Source: an uncultured Candidatus Saccharibacteria bacterium (GTDB lineage: Bacteria > Patescibacteriota > Minisyncoccia > Phycocordibacterales > UBA9973). Taken from it: a stretch of 53,487 bases of DNA. Every line of letters starts with the position of its first letter. Within the stretch, counting starts at the first letter, position 1. The notes beneath the pieces were generated by a model. The model worked only from the letters and a program-made list of their open reading frames with translations. It was not told where the DNA came from and made no database searches. Shown here piece after piece: positions 8,638 to 17,647 of this stretch. Location: positions 1 through 53,487 of the forward strand of contig CAZHJZ010000006.1 of NCBI GenBank assembly GCA_964532495.1, written 5' to 3'. Both the position numbers and the translations under genes were made by a program.

Positions 8638-9318
8638 ATGAAAAAACATTTTCAGTATTTGCCGTTAGGAATTTTTGTGATTACACTTGCGTTACTCGGT
8701 CCTCTTAAGCTTTTAATTGGCTTAGGTATATCAACCGTTGCCCAGTTAATGGGATTGCAGTATTTCCGTTACAAAGGTTTACGAGAAGTATTCCAAACCA
8801 CATCGTCTCCCCACAAATGGGAAAACAGAGTGGATCTCTACATATCGTACTTTTACGCTACGATACCAGTGTCAGTGGGACTTATAGCCACTACTTGCTT
8901 GGTTATGTATGTTGTCGGAGTATATTATGAGAAATTAAAAATCATCGTTTTGGGAGCTTCGGCTTTCGTTTCGTTGTATTATATGAGTATTCAGCTTATA
9001 GAATTTTTCACCACAATTCCTAAAACAGCGCCCGTCATCAAAAAAATTCGCGGACCATTCTGTGCTGATTATGCGATTGTTGTCTTCCCGGTAACTTATG
9101 GATTAGAAATCGATAATCTAGAGATAATACGCTTTAATACAAAAGCCGAACAGGATCTTTACTTAGAAAATAAGTTAAGAGAAAAACACAGCACATACTG
9201 CATATTATCTACTTACCAGAATACTGTTTTTCTTCATCATCTCAGGACTGAATGGAAACAAGTGAGCTTTGAATATATTGGAACAGTTGTAGATCTAACA
9301 AACAGCTATAGAAAATAA
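8638..9318 (+). CDS. Hypothetical polytopic membrane protein
   Basis: 226 aa with about 5 hydrophobic helices. Confidence 0.6.
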   Translation: MKKHFQYLPLGIFVITLALLGPLKLLIGLGISTVAQLMGLQYFRYKGLREVFQTTSSPHKWENRVDLYISYFYATIPVSVGLIATTCLVMYVVGVYYEKLKIIVLGASAFVSLYYMSIQLIEFFTTIPKTAPVIKKIRGPFCADYAIVVFPVTYGLEIDNLEIIRFNTKAEQDLYLENKLREKHSTYCILSTYQNTVFLHHLRTEWKQVSFEYIGTVVDLTNSYRK

Positions 9319-9330
9319 AAGTATATGTTA

Positions 9331-9366
9331 TAACCCGCGAGTAATTACTCACGGGTTATTTTTTTA
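9331..9366 (+). terminator. Intrinsic terminator between convergent genes
   Basis: 13-bp near-perfect stem aacccgcgagtaa/ttactcacgggtt, then a T-rich run. Confidence 0.6.
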
Positions 9367-11061
9367 TTGTATCGCTTGCTGATAGCAATCAACGCAAAAG
9401 ATGGTTTTGCTTGTATCTGCAGGGAATGCTGTCGTGATGGGCTTTTCACAATTTGCGCAGGTGCTTTCACGCAAGATTGGCAAGTTCATCTTCTTGAACC
9501 TGTCAGCTTCGCGGCATTTTGGACAGCGAGTCGGGAGAGGGATATTGAGCTTGCGGAGGATGGAAAGCTCGAGGTTTGCGATGCGGTATTTGCGATCGCA
9601 GGTTGTGCAGGCGATGTTGTGCTGCATGATTTCGTCGGTGACTTCGCTCTGTCGCTGCGGCAGATCATTTCCAGAAATAGTCGCTTCAACATTCTGAGTC
9701 TCTTCTTCATTCCAAAAATATCCGCCAGCGGTCGCTTCGTCTCGTGTCTTTGGAAAAAACTTTGAAGCGTTGCAATTGTTGTACGCGAATTTTGAAAACT
9801 CTGGCGGGAAGAATTCCCCATAGCCGAATTGTTTCCCCGTTGCGTCTATGTACGGATTCTGTTTCATATCTTCGATGATCTGGGCACGCAATGTTTCGTA
9901 CTCTTCTTTTTCATATACTTTATTGAGGATGGCGTATTTTTTGCGTTTCAAGTTCACGCAGCCAAGATTGTACTTAGATCCGATGCACCACATTGAATAT
10001 TCTGTTTCCATAACATCTGGGAAACAATAACCCGAGAACTTTGAGTTGGTAACATTGTCTCCGAGGTTTGCGGATTCATAGATGAGTTCTGCGCCGTTGC
10101 CCCAGCCTGAATAATCCATGCAATCGCGGGCTGGAGAAACGGTTATAAATTGGCAATAGGAAGAATCTTCAACTCCATTCGAAAGAAACATTTCTTTAGA
10201 ATTTTTTGATTGGTATGTGTATTCCCCCGTGACATTCACGTTTAACGTATTGCCGCTGTATTCACGGTAGGGGAAACGATCCCAGAATTCTTGGAGCTGT
10301 CCCTTGAGGGCTTCGATGCCGTCGCGAGTATCGAGATTCCATTCTTTTAACTTTTCAAAATATTCTTCCTTTGAATATTTTTCATTAAAAATGCAGTATG
10401 ACGCTCCTCGCATATTTGCGCAGCCTACGCAGTTGATGCAGCCGGACAAGTTTCGTGAAAACCATACATCAGTGCTTGAGTCGCATTCTTCGGAGTAAAA
10501 AACTCGGTAGCTTTTATTTTGTCCGCTTGATTCATAGCAAAGCTCTGACTCCTGCATGCGCAGGCAGTCTGATGTGTCTTTGACGCCGTTCAAAAATGAA
10601 GAGAAAGAAACATTTTCACAATAGTCAGACCAGGTCGCAAGCATGCAGTTTTTACCGTAGGCGATGGCGTTGCAGTATTCGCAGTCTTTCAAGGTGAGAT
10701 ACGTTGTTTCAAGGGCGCAGTAGGGAGTTTTGTTTGAAAGCTCTTTCACCTGATCCAAAAAAGGCCGCGAAGGATCATAGTCCATAGCGTATTCAGCTCC
10801 GTCCCATGAATCGCCCCACCAGCATGGCTGGCAGTATACAGTAATATCTTGTGTCGGCGGATACATAGACAGCGTCCGTTTTTCGCATTTGTCGCAGTTA
10901 CGCCAGAACAATGACCAGCCGTTCACAAAAGAAATGCGGCGGATGAGGCGGCAGAGCGGGCACCACGTTGGGGCGGGGACGCTGATCTTTTGGTAGTAAT
11001 CAAAATCGCGCGCCTCGATAGTGAAGGTTTGTTTGCAGTTTTGGCAGGAATGGGTTTCCAT
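9364..11061 (-). CDS. Cysteine-rich protein with duplicated terminal zinc-ribbon modules, function unknown
   Basis: 565 aa. N-terminus has CQNC...CPLC, CDKC...CQPC. C-terminus has CTTC...CPKC, CANC...CVDC. The central roughly 350 aa is Cys-rich and repeat-like. Confidence 0.75.
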   Translation of the reverse strand: METHSCQNCKQTFTIEARDFDYYQKISVPAPTWCPLCRLIRRISFVNGWSLFWRNCDKCEKRTLSMYPPTQDITVYCQPCWWGDSWDGAEYAMDYDPSRPFLDQVKELSNKTPYCALETTYLTLKDCEYCNAIAYGKNCMLATWSDYCENVSFSSFLNGVKDTSDCLRMQESELCYESSGQNKSYRVFYSEECDSSTDVWFSRNLSGCINCVGCANMRGASYCIFNEKYSKEEYFEKLKEWNLDTRDGIEALKGQLQEFWDRFPYREYSGNTLNVNVTGEYTYQSKNSKEMFLSNGVEDSSYCQFITVSPARDCMDYSGWGNGAELIYESANLGDNVTNSKFSGYCFPDVMETEYSMWCIGSKYNLGCVNLKRKKYAILNKVYEKEEYETLRAQIIEDMKQNPYIDATGKQFGYGEFFPPEFSKFAYNNCNASKFFPKTRDEATAGGYFWNEEETQNVEATISGNDLPQRQSEVTDEIMQHNIACTTCDRKYRIANLELSILRKLNIPLPTRCPKCREADRFKKMNLPILRESTCANCEKPITTAFPADTSKTIFCVDCYQQAIQ

Positions 11062-11124
11062 ATACTTGTATTAGTATTGTCTCATAATTAATCCGCAAGT
11101 GATAGCTTGTGAACTAAATAATGA

Positions 11125-11153
11125 GAGTGATTAGCATATAGTGCTAATCACTC
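11125..11153. repeat. Perfect 12-bp inverted repeat (gagtgattagca / tgctaatcactc, 5-nt loop) at the 3' end of the 124-aa ORF
   Basis: Read directly from the sequence. Spans the stop codon of 11131..11505(-). Confidence 0.8.
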
Positions 11154-11505
11154 GTAATGGTATTTCAAGAGGCATAAAGTGTTTTTGTACGATAAGCCAG
11201 CCTAGTGTAGATCTTTTTATAATGAATTCTTTGCCATTCGCGATGATTGTAAAATTGTAGTCACCACCCCTTCGGTTGGAAACAGCGGGCGTAATTGCAA
11301 TTATCGTAAAAATGGTATTTTGTTCGAACATAAATCGTTCACAGCCATGTTTCTCTGGGTTTTTCCCGCAACAGAAACCGCATCTGGAATTGTGGGCGAA
11401 GGCGTAATCTGCAGTAACAGTGTATGAAGTAAAGAGAAATCTGATGAGCTCGCAAGAGTTGATAGGTACTTGAGCTGTAAGATTGGATGTGTCTGGTGTA
11501 TTCAT
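11131..11505 (-). CDS. Hypothetical protein (contains CGFCCGKNPEKHGC)
   Basis: 124-aa ORF, co-directional with and upstream of the Cys-rich gene. A promoter lies just upstream. Confidence 0.5.
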   Translation of the reverse strand: MNTPDTSNLTAQVPINSCELIRFLFTSYTVTADYAFAHNSRCGFCCGKNPEKHGCERFMFEQNTIFTIIAITPAVSNRRGGDYNFTIIANGKEFIIKRSTLGWLIVQKHFMPLEIPLRVISTIC

Positions 11506-11522
11506 GTTGTACGTTTTCTTTT

Positions 11523-11551
11523 ATAATACAACATTTTATAAATAACGTCAA
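11523..11551 (-). promoter_or_regulatory. Candidate promoter TTGACG-N17-TATTAT for the 124-aa / Cys-rich operon
   Basis: On the minus strand the hexamers map to 11546..11551 and 11523..11528. Confidence 0.45.
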
Positions 11552-11630
11552 TTAATATTACATTATATATTTATAAAAGCGCTTAAAATAAAGACTATAT
11601 TGTGTATAAATAATTATTTCGTCAAAAATA

Positions 11631-11659
11631 TTGACACTTTTTACCACATCGTCTATACT
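11631..11659 (+). promoter_or_regulatory. Promoter TTGACA-N17-TATACT for the TrmB-like regulator
   Basis: Hexamers at 11631..11636 and 11654..11659. Only 9 nt separate the -10 from the ATG at 11669, which implies a near-leaderless mRNA. Confidence 0.6.
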
Positions 11660-11668
11660 GAAAGGGTA

Positions 11669-12415
11669 ATGAATATTCAAAAAACACTTGAAAAAATAGG
11701 GCTTACTCAAAAGCAGTCATATGTGTATCTCGCATTGCTCGATCTTGGAGAAGCTAAGATGACTGATATCGCCAAGAAAGCCGCAATGAAACGGCCGACA
11801 GTGTATCTGATAATTGAGGAGCTTGAACTTCTCGGTCTCGCTTCAAGTGTTCTCAAGGGAAAGAAAAAAGTATATTCAGCTGCTCATCCAAAACGTCTTG
11901 CGGAGCTAACAAAATATCGTGCCAACCAAGTAGAAGAAAGCATGCCTGAGCTTTTGGCTCGTTTCGGTAAAGACAGTGAAAAACCAAAAGTGCAGATGTT
12001 CGAAGGAGTGCAAGGAATAGATAAGGCGTATCACGAGGCATACACCATGCTTTCAAACAAAGAAGAAGGATTATGGTTTGGCGATGTTACATTCCTGCAG
12101 GAACAATTCCCAGAAGTGCTCCGAACATACAACAAGCTGATAGGGGAAATCCGTGACCCGAAAATCCGCGAACTCGTTTATGGCGGACCAGTCGCAAAAA
12201 AGTGGGCTGCCGATATGCAGCCCACCCTCGGGAAAAATCATCAGATAAAATATATTGAGGGAAAAGAATTCGGTTTTACCGACCAGCTTATTATCGGAAA
12301 CAAGGTAATGTACTTTTCATTCGGCGAAAAAGTATTCGTGCTCATTGTTGAAAACAAAGAACTCGCGCAAACACAGCGCGGACTCTTTGAAGTAGCGTGG
12401 AAGGCGACGAAGTAG
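11669..12415 (+). CDS. TrmB-family winged-helix transcriptional regulator
   Basis: N-terminus LEKIGLTQKQSYVYLALLDLGEAKMTDIAKKAAMKRPTVYLIIEELELLGL is the typical TrmB HTH. Start moved to the ATG downstream of the promoter. Confidence 0.75.
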   Translation: MNIQKTLEKIGLTQKQSYVYLALLDLGEAKMTDIAKKAAMKRPTVYLIIEELELLGLASSVLKGKKKVYSAAHPKRLAELTKYRANQVEESMPELLARFGKDSEKPKVQMFEGVQGIDKAYHEAYTMLSNKEEGLWFGDVTFLQEQFPEVLRTYNKLIGEIRDPKIRELVYGGPVAKKWAADMQPTLGKNHQIKYIEGKEFGFTDQLIIGNKVMYFSFGEKVFVLIVENKELAQTQRGLFEVAWKATK

Positions 12416-12432
12416 TACAGTTTTTAGAATTC

Positions 12433-13257
12433 TTATATCGTCTGTCTGATTTTTTCCATCAGTAGATCGTATTTTTGCAAATCAATTTTTACTGAATCCT
12501 GGGTGGGTATACCTGTCGCTTTAAATACCCTCTGAACCATATAGTCTTCGTCGCCTGTAAATCCTAATTTATTTTTGTTTCCAAAAATTGACTGCCATCT
12601 TTTATATTCTTCGGCTTGATTTTCAGCTACTTTTTTAAGTTCCTCGAGTTTATTTTTGTCGATGTTGGGATTTTTTTCTGCATCTTCAAATTCCATTCTT
12701 GTGTCAGTTAGTAAAGTCATTGGACCGTTTATTGCTTCCTGAATAATGACTGTTTTTTTATTCTCTTTTGCCAAACTTTGATTAGTGTATTTTTCTGAAA
12801 GATTTTGAAGTACGACTTGCAAAGCGCGCTCGGTCGCTGACCCGGCGCCAATATCACGGAATCGGGTAATAATATCAGTATTGCCAGTAATAACTTTTGT
12901 ATCTTCCGGCGACTCTGCTTTATCCATGTATGTGCTAAATTTGAATTCCTCGAGAGCCGCTAGTTTCCTGGATATTTTGTCGATAGTAAGCAGGCGAACC
13001 GAACTTCCGGCAAGTTCGTCAGGTCTTGATTTATTTGCTGGTATCCAGAGACTTTCAACTTCAAACTCACGTCCAGAAGTTCCTTTGATTTCAATCTTAC
13101 CTAGGTCCAAAATCAGACCTTCTTCCGCAAGGCCGCGGTTTTGTTTTAATTCTTTGTTGTACAATTTTGCATGCGCTGAAAAATCTTCCGCAGGCGGAGG
13201 TAGTTCTGGTACCCATTCATTCTTTCTTAGGTTTTCGCTTGGATTTTTAGGGGGCAT
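12433..13257 (-). CDS. Hypothetical protein, tightly linked to thyA
   Basis: 274-aa ORF starting 3 nt after the thyA stop. No recognisable motif. Confidence 0.6.
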   Translation of the reverse strand: MPPKNPSENLRKNEWVPELPPPAEDFSAHAKLYNKELKQNRGLAEEGLILDLGKIEIKGTSGREFEVESLWIPANKSRPDELAGSSVRLLTIDKISRKLAALEEFKFSTYMDKAESPEDTKVITGNTDIITRFRDIGAGSATERALQVVLQNLSEKYTNQSLAKENKKTVIIQEAINGPMTLLTDTRMEFEDAEKNPNIDKNKLEELKKVAENQAEEYKRWQSIFGNKNKLGFTGDEDYMVQRVFKATGIPTQDSVKIDLQKYDLLMEKIRQTI

Positions 13258-13260
13258 GTA

Positions 13261-14220
13261 TTAGACAGCTATTGGTGCTTTAATCGCTGGATGTGGATCA
13301 TAATTTTCCAAAGTGAAATCTTCGTATTTGAAATCAAAAATATTTTTCACTTCAGGATTGAGCTTCATTGTTGGCTGTGGTCGTGGCTCTCGAGAGAGCT
13401 GCTCCTTTGCCTGTTCAAGGTGATTGAGATAGAGGTGAGTGTCTCCGCCAGTCCAAATGAAGTCACCAACTTCGAGTCCGGCAACTTGCGCCATCATCAT
13501 AGTGAGAAGGGCATATGAAGCAATGTTAAAAGGAACACCGAGGAAAAAGTCTGCGCTTCGCTGATAGAGCTGGCATGATAATTTTCCGTTGAGTACGTGG
13601 AATTGGAAAAGGGAATGGCATGGTGGCGGCGCATGATTGTGATCATGAATGAGCTCGAAGATTTCTCCGACGTTCCAGCCCGAGACCATGATGCGTCGTG
13701 AAGACGGATCGTTTTTGAGCATGTCTACAACGTTCTGAATCTGGTCAATCTCGTTTCCTTTGCGTGTTTCCCATCGGCGCCATTGTTTGCCATAGATCGG
13801 ACCAAGTTCGCCCCATGCGTTTGCGAATTCGTCGTCAGCTTTGATCTGTTCAACAAACCATACAAGTTTCGCGTCCCATTCAGGAGAGTATCGAGGAAGA
13901 GTTTCAGTCAGGCCATTTTTTTCGAGATATACTTGAAATGCCCATTCGTTCCAGATCTTTACGTCGTTGCGAACCAAATATTTGATATTAGTATCGCCTG
14001 TAAGAAACCAAAGGAGTTCGTGGATGATTCCGCGAATGAATACTTTTTTGGTTGTGAGGAGGGGAAAGCCTTTTGAGAGGTCGAACCGCATCTGATGTCC
14101 GAAGACGCTTCGTGTACCCACGCCTGTTCGCTCGGAACGGTCCGTTCCGTGGTCGAGAATATGTTGCATAAGCGACAAGTATTCTTTGTCGGCGTGTTCG
14201 TGAGCTTCGTACGATTTCAT
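13261..14220 (-). CDS. thyA: Thymidylate synthase (ThyA type, with the small-domain insert seen in long ThyA forms)
   Basis: Motifs [15 protein letters not shown], catalytic [34 protein letters not shown], and C-terminal KAPIAV. Confidence 0.95.
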   Translation of the reverse strand: MKSYEAHEHADKEYLSLMQHILDHGTDRSERTGVGTRSVFGHQMRFDLSKGFPLLTTKKVFIRGIIHELLWFLTGDTNIKYLVRNDVKIWNEWAFQVYLEKNGLTETLPRYSPEWDAKLVWFVEQIKADDEFANAWGELGPIYGKQWRRWETRKGNEIDQIQNVVDMLKNDPSSRRIMVSGWNVGEIFELIHDHNHAPPPCHSLFQFHVLNGKLSCQLYQRSADFFLGVPFNIASYALLTMMMAQVAGLEVGDFIWTGGDTHLYLNHLEQAKEQLSREPRPQPTMKLNPEVKNIFDFKYEDFTLENYDPHPAIKAPIAV

Positions 14221-14418
14221 ACTAAAAGTGTACCAGAAAGAGGGAATAGATTCTAATTTGACGCTATAGATTATAGATGGTATTTTAACTTCAATTTACA
14301 CTACCTGAAAATCCCAAGCTATATTTTTGTTTGAATGTTTTTCTCCCTTTCTAAAATATAAAAGTTATTAATTGACGCTCTTCATATGCTGTGATAGTTT
14401 TAAAAAAATACAAAAAAT

Positions 14419-14841
14419 ATGAGCGCGTTAAAAATTCAAGAATTACAAAAAGGGGAGTACAAATCTTACAATCAAAGCAATAAGTGGGAAATACTGAGTT
14501 ACCAGATTTTGGCATGTATTTTTATACTGATTAACTACAGCTTTGTGGGAGTACTGCTGTATTTGCAATATACACAGAACCACCCGATCTTATACGAGAT
14601 AAGCATACATTTTTATTTCTTTATCGGCCTCGGATTTTTTGCTTACACACTGCATTCTTTTTTTAACCATCATGTTATTGAAAAAGATTTTGATGGAGCA
14701 GAAAAGCACACAATACAGCTGGGGATTAGCGAACCGGCGCAACTTGATAGGATTAAAAATATGGTAACTAAACTTATTCAGCTTATGTACCTTTCGGTAG
14801 CATGGTTGGGTATTTCAGCGCTTGTGATTGCTTTTGTTTAG
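14419..14841 (+). CDS. Hypothetical membrane protein
   Basis: 140 aa with 3 to 4 hydrophobic helices. Confidence 0.5.
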   Translation: MSALKIQELQKGEYKSYNQSNKWEILSYQILACIFILINYSFVGVLLYLQYTQNHPILYEISIHFYFFIGLGFFAYTLHSFFNHHVIEKDFDGAEKHTIQLGISEPAQLDRIKNMVTKLIQLMYLSVAWLGISALVIAFV

Positions 14842-14921
14842 CAGGCTATGATTAAAATGCTAGTATGTTATTTTTCTAAAATTTGATTTCCACTCATCTC
14901 CTTACACAAAAAAAAGAAAGT

Positions 14922-15146
14922 ATGAAAGATTTTTTCCTGAAACACTCATTACTGATTATTTTTCTAACAGTTTGCTTTCTTGCTATGGCCACCTGGGCTG
15001 GAGTGGATTTTTCCACTTTCTCTATGGTGTATAGCAAGGGGATGCTTAAACTTGTTTCTTTGATAAAAGATGTTTTTATTACCCTCGGATGTATCGGAAT
15101 AATAGCGGTGATCTGGTTGGTAGTGGAATGGTCTTCAAACCATTAG
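14922..15146 (+). CDS. Hypothetical small membrane protein
   Basis: Two hydrophobic helices. ATG at 14922 preferred over the TTG at 14883. Confidence 0.45.
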   Translation: MKDFFLKHSLLIIFLTVCFLAMATWAGVDFSTFSMVYSKGMLKLVSLIKDVFITLGCIGIIAVIWLVVEWSSNH

Positions 15147-15163
15147 TGTATATAAGCAAATTG

Positions 15164-15190
15164 GCCTGGGATTTAATCCCAGGCTTTTTT
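15164..15190 (+). terminator. Intrinsic terminator
   Basis: Stem gcctggga/tcccaggc, then T6. Confidence 0.8.
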
Positions 15191-15192
15191 AT

Positions 15193-15221
15193 TTGACAAT
15201 TATATTGATACATGTTACGAT
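15193..15221 (+). promoter_or_regulatory. Promoter TTGACA-N17-TACGAT (TGT extended -10) for the DEAD-box helicase
   Basis: Hexamers at 15193..15198 and 15216..15221. Leaves a roughly 165-nt 5' UTR. Confidence 0.55.
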
Positions 15222-15394
15222 AGCTCTATCATTCTCACTTTATCTTAACGGGAATGCGATTGTGGCATTGCCCCTCTATATTATTTATGTGTTGTCTTGA
15301 CCCAGAACCTATTGGTCATGCGACACTCTGTCGCGCATATTTTTTGCCTGACCAAAGGTAACTATCGGGTCCTGACCATAACAACATAATAATC

Positions 15395-16819
15395 ATGCCT
15401 ATACAGCATTCACGCCCCTCATCTGGAGGAGCACCGAAGCGTACCTTTTCAGGTTCGTTTCGAGCGGAACCGTCACGCGGTCCGCGCAAATTCGGTAGTA
15501 GTTCTTCACCTGCTTCATCAAGCACAGGAAGCGCTCCGCGCCGATCATTTAGCAGCCCATCACGACCAGCATTTGGCGCAAAGCCATCGTTTGGTTCTAA
15601 GCCGTTCAACGCAGGTCGCAAGACTTTCGGCGGTAGCACTGGCGCACGAGGAGGATTCAAATCTTCATTCGGCGGCGGAGGGGGAGGACGCGGCGGTCGC
15701 CGAGGAGGAAATCCTGAGCGCATCGACACTTCTCGCTTCATCCGCAAAGCAGAAAAAGTTGAATTCAAGCCGTACGTAGCAACTCACAAGTTTGCTGATT
15801 TTCCATTTGATCCAAAACTTCACGCAGCAATTGCGAAAAAAGGTTTTGAAAATCCGATGCCAATTCAGGATCAGACTATTCCTGGCGCACTTGCAGGACG
15901 AGATATTCTCGGACTCGCAAACACAGGTACTGGTAAGACGGCAGCATTCTTGCTCCCATTGATCCAGAAAGTAATTCTCAACAAGCGCGAACAGGTTTTG
16001 ATCCTCGCTCCAACTCGAGAGTTGGCGGTACAGATCGAAGCTGAATTGCTCGACTTCGTTCGAGTCCTCGGAATCTACTCAGTTTCTTGCGTTGGCGGAA
16101 TGCCGATCACGAAACAGATTCGTGAACTCCGACGCGGCGTTTCATTTGTCATTGGTACTCCAGGCCGCGTTCGCGACTTGATCGACCAGAAGGTTCTCAA
16201 ACTCGACACATTCAAGAGCATCGTCCTCGACGAAGCTGACCGAATGTTGGATATGGGATTCCGAGACGACATGGAATTCGTTATGAAGCTTATGCACGCT
16301 GAACGTCAGACACTCTTTTTCTCTGCGACGCTTTCACCGGACATCAAGAAATTGACTGAAAAGTATTTGAAAAATCCTCTTTCAGTTTCAGTTGTCGTTC
16401 GCGACACTTCAAAGAACGTTGACCAGGACGTTATCCGCGTTATGGACCGAGCAAAGAAAATTGATCAGCTCCATGATGTGCTTATCGCTGAAGGTTCAGA
16501 CAAGGTGTTGATCTTCCGCGAAACCAAGCGCGACGTAGACGAACTCGAGCGAGAATTGCGAGCACGCGGATTCAAAGTTGGAGCAATCCACGGCGACAAG
16601 CGTAACCGCGATCGCGTCCGAACGCTTGATTCATTCAAGAACAACAGTGTTGCAATCTTGATCGCGACTGACGTTGCTGCTCGAGGTCTCGATATTCCAA
16701 ACGTTTCTCATGTTATCAACTACGATGTGCCACAGACATATGACACGTATGTGCACCGTATTGGACGAACTGGACGTGCTAACCAGAAGGGTAAGGCGCT
16801 TACATTCGTACGAGGGTAA
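15395..16819 (+). CDS. DEAD-box ATP-dependent RNA helicase with a roughly 130-aa N-terminal Ser/Gly/Arg-rich low-complexity extension
   Basis: Q-motif region F..F.....GF..PMPIQ, then NTGTGKT, DEAD, SAT and HRIGRTGR. Confidence 0.9.
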   Translation: MPIQHSRPSSGGAPKRTFSGSFRAEPSRGPRKFGSSSSPASSSTGSAPRRSFSSPSRPAFGAKPSFGSKPFNAGRKTFGGSTGARGGFKSSFGGGGGGRGGRRGGNPERIDTSRFIRKAEKVEFKPYVATHKFADFPFDPKLHAAIAKKGFENPMPIQDQTIPGALAGRDILGLANTGTGKTAAFLLPLIQKVILNKREQVLILAPTRELAVQIEAELLDFVRVLGIYSVSCVGGMPITKQIRELRRGVSFVIGTPGRVRDLIDQKVLKLDTFKSIVLDEADRMLDMGFRDDMEFVMKLMHAERQTLFFSATLSPDIKKLTEKYLKNPLSVSVVVRDTSKNVDQDVIRVMDRAKKIDQLHDVLIAEGSDKVLIFRETKRDVDELERELRARGFKVGAIHGDKRNRDRVRTLDSFKNNSVAILIATDVAARGLDIPNVSHVINYDVPQTYDTYVHRIGRTGRANQKGKALTFVRG

Positions 16820-16837
16820 TTAAATAACTTTAAACAA

Positions 16838-16861
16838 AATCCCCTAGCAATAGGGTTTTTT
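16838..16861 (+). terminator. Intrinsic terminator
   Basis: Stem cccta/taggg, then T6. Confidence 0.55.
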
Positions 16862-16899
16862 GTTGTTTTAGCCCAAGTAAGTTGCTATGATTCTTTTAT

Positions 16900-17478
16900 A
16901 TGAAAAATAACGAAAATAATGCAGCGGCAAAAATTGTCGGCTTAGTAGTTTTATTAGTTATAGTAGCTGGAATTGCGTATTATGCTGGAACAAAGAAGAA
17001 TTCTGTGATTAAGAATAATCCACAGGTTATTCAGAATGAGCAAAATCAAATTCCGTCACCAGCAACTCCTGCTGTAGCAAACGCAACAGAAAAAGATTTC
17101 AATAGCAAGGAATTTTCATTTCGTTATAATCCAAATGCAGAAATCACAACTCAGTTAACTTCCTTAACTCAAAATGGTTCAGTAATACATATTGCTTCTA
17201 AGGGAGAAACAAATAAGGAAAAAGGAATAAATATTTATTACTATACTGCTGGTCATGCTAACTATCAAAATTATCAATGTCCGACTAATAATTTGGTAAA
17301 AATAAACGGCAAAGACTTTTGTGAATTTCCTGCAACTTCTCCTAATATGACTGGTTCTGATGGAGTGTATGTTTACACAAAGGATGGAAAGCAGGTCCAA
17401 ATAGCGTTTAGTGCTCAAGATGCTAAGTCATTGTCTGATAGCCGCTATATAAATCTAAGTTCAATCGAAATTTACTAG
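16900..17478 (+). CDS. Hypothetical membrane-anchored or secreted protein
   Basis: 192 aa with an N-terminal TM helix (IVGLVVLLVIVAGIAYYAG). Confidence 0.6.
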   Translation: MKNNENNAAAKIVGLVVLLVIVAGIAYYAGTKKNSVIKNNPQVIQNEQNQIPSPATPAVANATEKDFNSKEFSFRYNPNAEITTQLTSLTQNGSVIHIASKGETNKEKGINIYYYTAGHANYQNYQCPTNNLVKINGKDFCEFPATSPNMTGSDGVYVYTKDGKQVQIAFSAQDAKSLSDSRYINLSSIEIY

Positions 17479-17506
17479 TACTTGTAGCTATATGCTCTCA
17501 ATGCAA

Positions 17507-17530
17507 GCCCCGCTTTGTCGGGGTTTTGTG
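17507..17530 (+). terminator. Intrinsic terminator
   Basis: Stem ccccg/cgggg, then TTTTGTGTT. Confidence 0.7.
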
Positions 17531-17647
17531 TTGTCCGAAAAAACGGGTATACTTGGGTTAGTTAAACGAAAACCGGCTTATGATATAACACCTTCTCTTC
17601 TTCAATTATCCAACTAACTGCGGCATAGCCGCATATTCCATTTTCCT

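Noticed and set aside
13261-14220. The thyA homologue as a phage-like dCMP/dUMP hydroxymethylase for DNA hypermodification, given the neighbouring dCMP deaminase and MazG
   Set aside because: The catalytic Cys, the folate-binding motifs and the Asn that specifies dUMP ([11 protein letters not shown]) are all canonical, and the C-terminus KAPIAV is typical of ThyA. No glycosyltransferase, kinase or phage structural genes are nearby.
15316-15768. 150-aa Pro/Arg-rich ORF on the minus strand
   Set aside because: It is the antisense shadow of the Gly/Ser/Arg low-complexity N-terminus of the DEAD-box helicase, and an artefact of that repetitive codon composition.
17531-17647. A ZTP or THF riboswitch upstream of glyA
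   Set aside because: Neither the ZTP signature (ACTGGCG ... CCGCCTGGG) nor a THF-like core is present. There is only a small hairpin (gcggc/gccgc).
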